From assembly GCA_051294375.1 (NCBI GenBank), contig JBJCIZ010000120.1:1-15148 (forward strand): a stretch of 15,148 nt of DNA, given 5' to 3'. Below the pieces are notes generated by a model. The model was given only the letters and a program-made list of their open reading frames with translations, was not told the origin of the DNA and did not search any database. Each line of letters begins with the position of its first letter. Within the stretch, counting starts at the first letter, position 1. Shown here piece after piece: positions 13,872-15,148 of this stretch. A program made the position numbers and the translations under genes. The DNA comes from Paraspadella gotoi (Eukaryota > Animalia > Chaetognatha).

Positions 13872-15148
13872 TCTTTACTTAAATCGTTAAACTTTAATTT
13901 TTAATTGTTTCCAATCTCTCTTCAATCTTAAAACCTTTACTCGTTATAGTAAATCGTTATTGTTTACAAACAAATCCATACGTTATGTTTACATCCATCA
14001 CACCGCAACGTAATCCATACGTTATATTTTAACAAAAACAAACCCATAATTACCAAAAGCATCGATTTTTAATTCAAATCAAAGTAATTCGAAGTAATTT
14101 TTCCATCTCGAATTATCCGTAATCAATTTTTCCCTTTTTCCTTTAAATTTTAAGTAGTTAAACACAACATGTGTTACTTTTAGTAGAATTTTATTATTAC
14201 GAAATTTGGAAGCCTTTTATATTTAGACAAATACGTGCTAAAACTTTTACCCCGTTTTTATCTGGGGGGCATGTAGCTTCCAAATCCCTGGCACCAAAAT
14301 TATTTTAAATCTCGCTTTCCATATATCATAGATAATATGGCTCCCTCCTGGATTAATCCTGTATTATGTTACTTTATCTGCTCTATATCGATGTTCCTCA
14401 GTTCGATTTTATTCCCTTCTTTGGTCCAGGTGTTCTCTAATATCTTACATTATATATATATACTTATATAATATCTATCATGCGTGATCAGTTTCAGTCA
14501 TATTGAGATTATTTAATTTACAGTGTCTAGTTCAACTTCAGTTTTGATTGCTAAAGTCACTTCTAATTGAGGAGCAGAATTATTACAATGGCGATTTCCT
14601 AGCATCAAGGAGGTGAAGAATGTTAGTGGAGGAGGAGAGTGAGTTTTTTTTCTGTTTTTAAATTTTTTTGGCAAGATTCATATTCTCATTTTGCTTGTTC
14701 AGCTCTAATGTATATATGACTCTCCGTTAATATGACGTCATCGCTGGAGGAAGAGGCATTTGAACAGTAGTTATGCTGTATGCAGTGCTTTATAAGATTA
14801 GAATTCGTTCAGGTTGCCAATAGTCAACTGGTGCAACACTTCCAATCATTCAGTAGTTTTATGTGCTATTAGAATAAACTATAAACTCCTAGAGCGTCTC
14901 TTAATCTTTATGCCTTTACTTCTCTTTAAGTAAATTTTACTTTTAACACAATTAACACATCGTTGTTTCACACTCTGCCATAATAATAAATTGGTTTGGA
15001 TTCAGGATGGGATGGGTATGGGGTGTGGGTGGGGAGTATGAGTAGGCTTTATACTAAATCTCTTTTTTTTACTTTTTACAAATTTTATTATTTAATTTTC
15101 TTTTTGGTTAAATTTTCACTTTTGACCCACAAATGAAAAAACAAAACA

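Noticed and set aside
14150-14860. AGTAGT hexamers as a Maverick terminus
   Set aside because: A right-hand end should read ACTACT on the plus strand, and no partner TIR or TSD can be tested in this window; hexamers like this arise by chance.
13872-15148. Possible coding or RNA gene in the right-hand AT-rich region
   Set aside because: No ORF of 60 aa or more, and no tRNA/rRNA-like or recognisable protein motif found by eye.

Overview
Eukaryotic (probably animal) genomic DNA holding the central part of an endogenous Maverick/Polinton (adintovirus-like) dsDNA virus/transposon. All of its genes lie on the minus strand. In transcription order they are: A32/FtsK-like packaging ATPase (split by a 64-nt GT-AG intron, first exon frameshifted), a small basic conserved protein, a conserved 272-aa Maverick protein, a retroviral-type DDE integrase, the minor capsid (penton) protein with an N-terminal hydrophobic extension, a ~5.3-kb accessory block, the double-jelly-roll major capsid protein (split by a 76-nt GT-AG intron, 502 aa spliced) and a protamine-like Arg/Lys-rich ORF that runs off the left edge. 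The accessory block encodes a basic/acidic low-complexity protein, a protein with a linker-histone H1-like winged-helix domain, a 633-aa polyQ/acidic protein and two short coiled-coil proteins. It also contains a palindrome- and repeat-rich regulatory region. To the right, on the plus strand, is a 5'-truncated, frameshifted Penelope-like retroelement (RT C-terminal helical region, linker and GIY-YIG endonuclease), then a Pro/Ser-rich ORF and AT-rich non-coding DNA. No pPolB, cysteine protease or terminal inverted repeat is visible in this window. All family calls come from motif recognition by eye, not from database searches.
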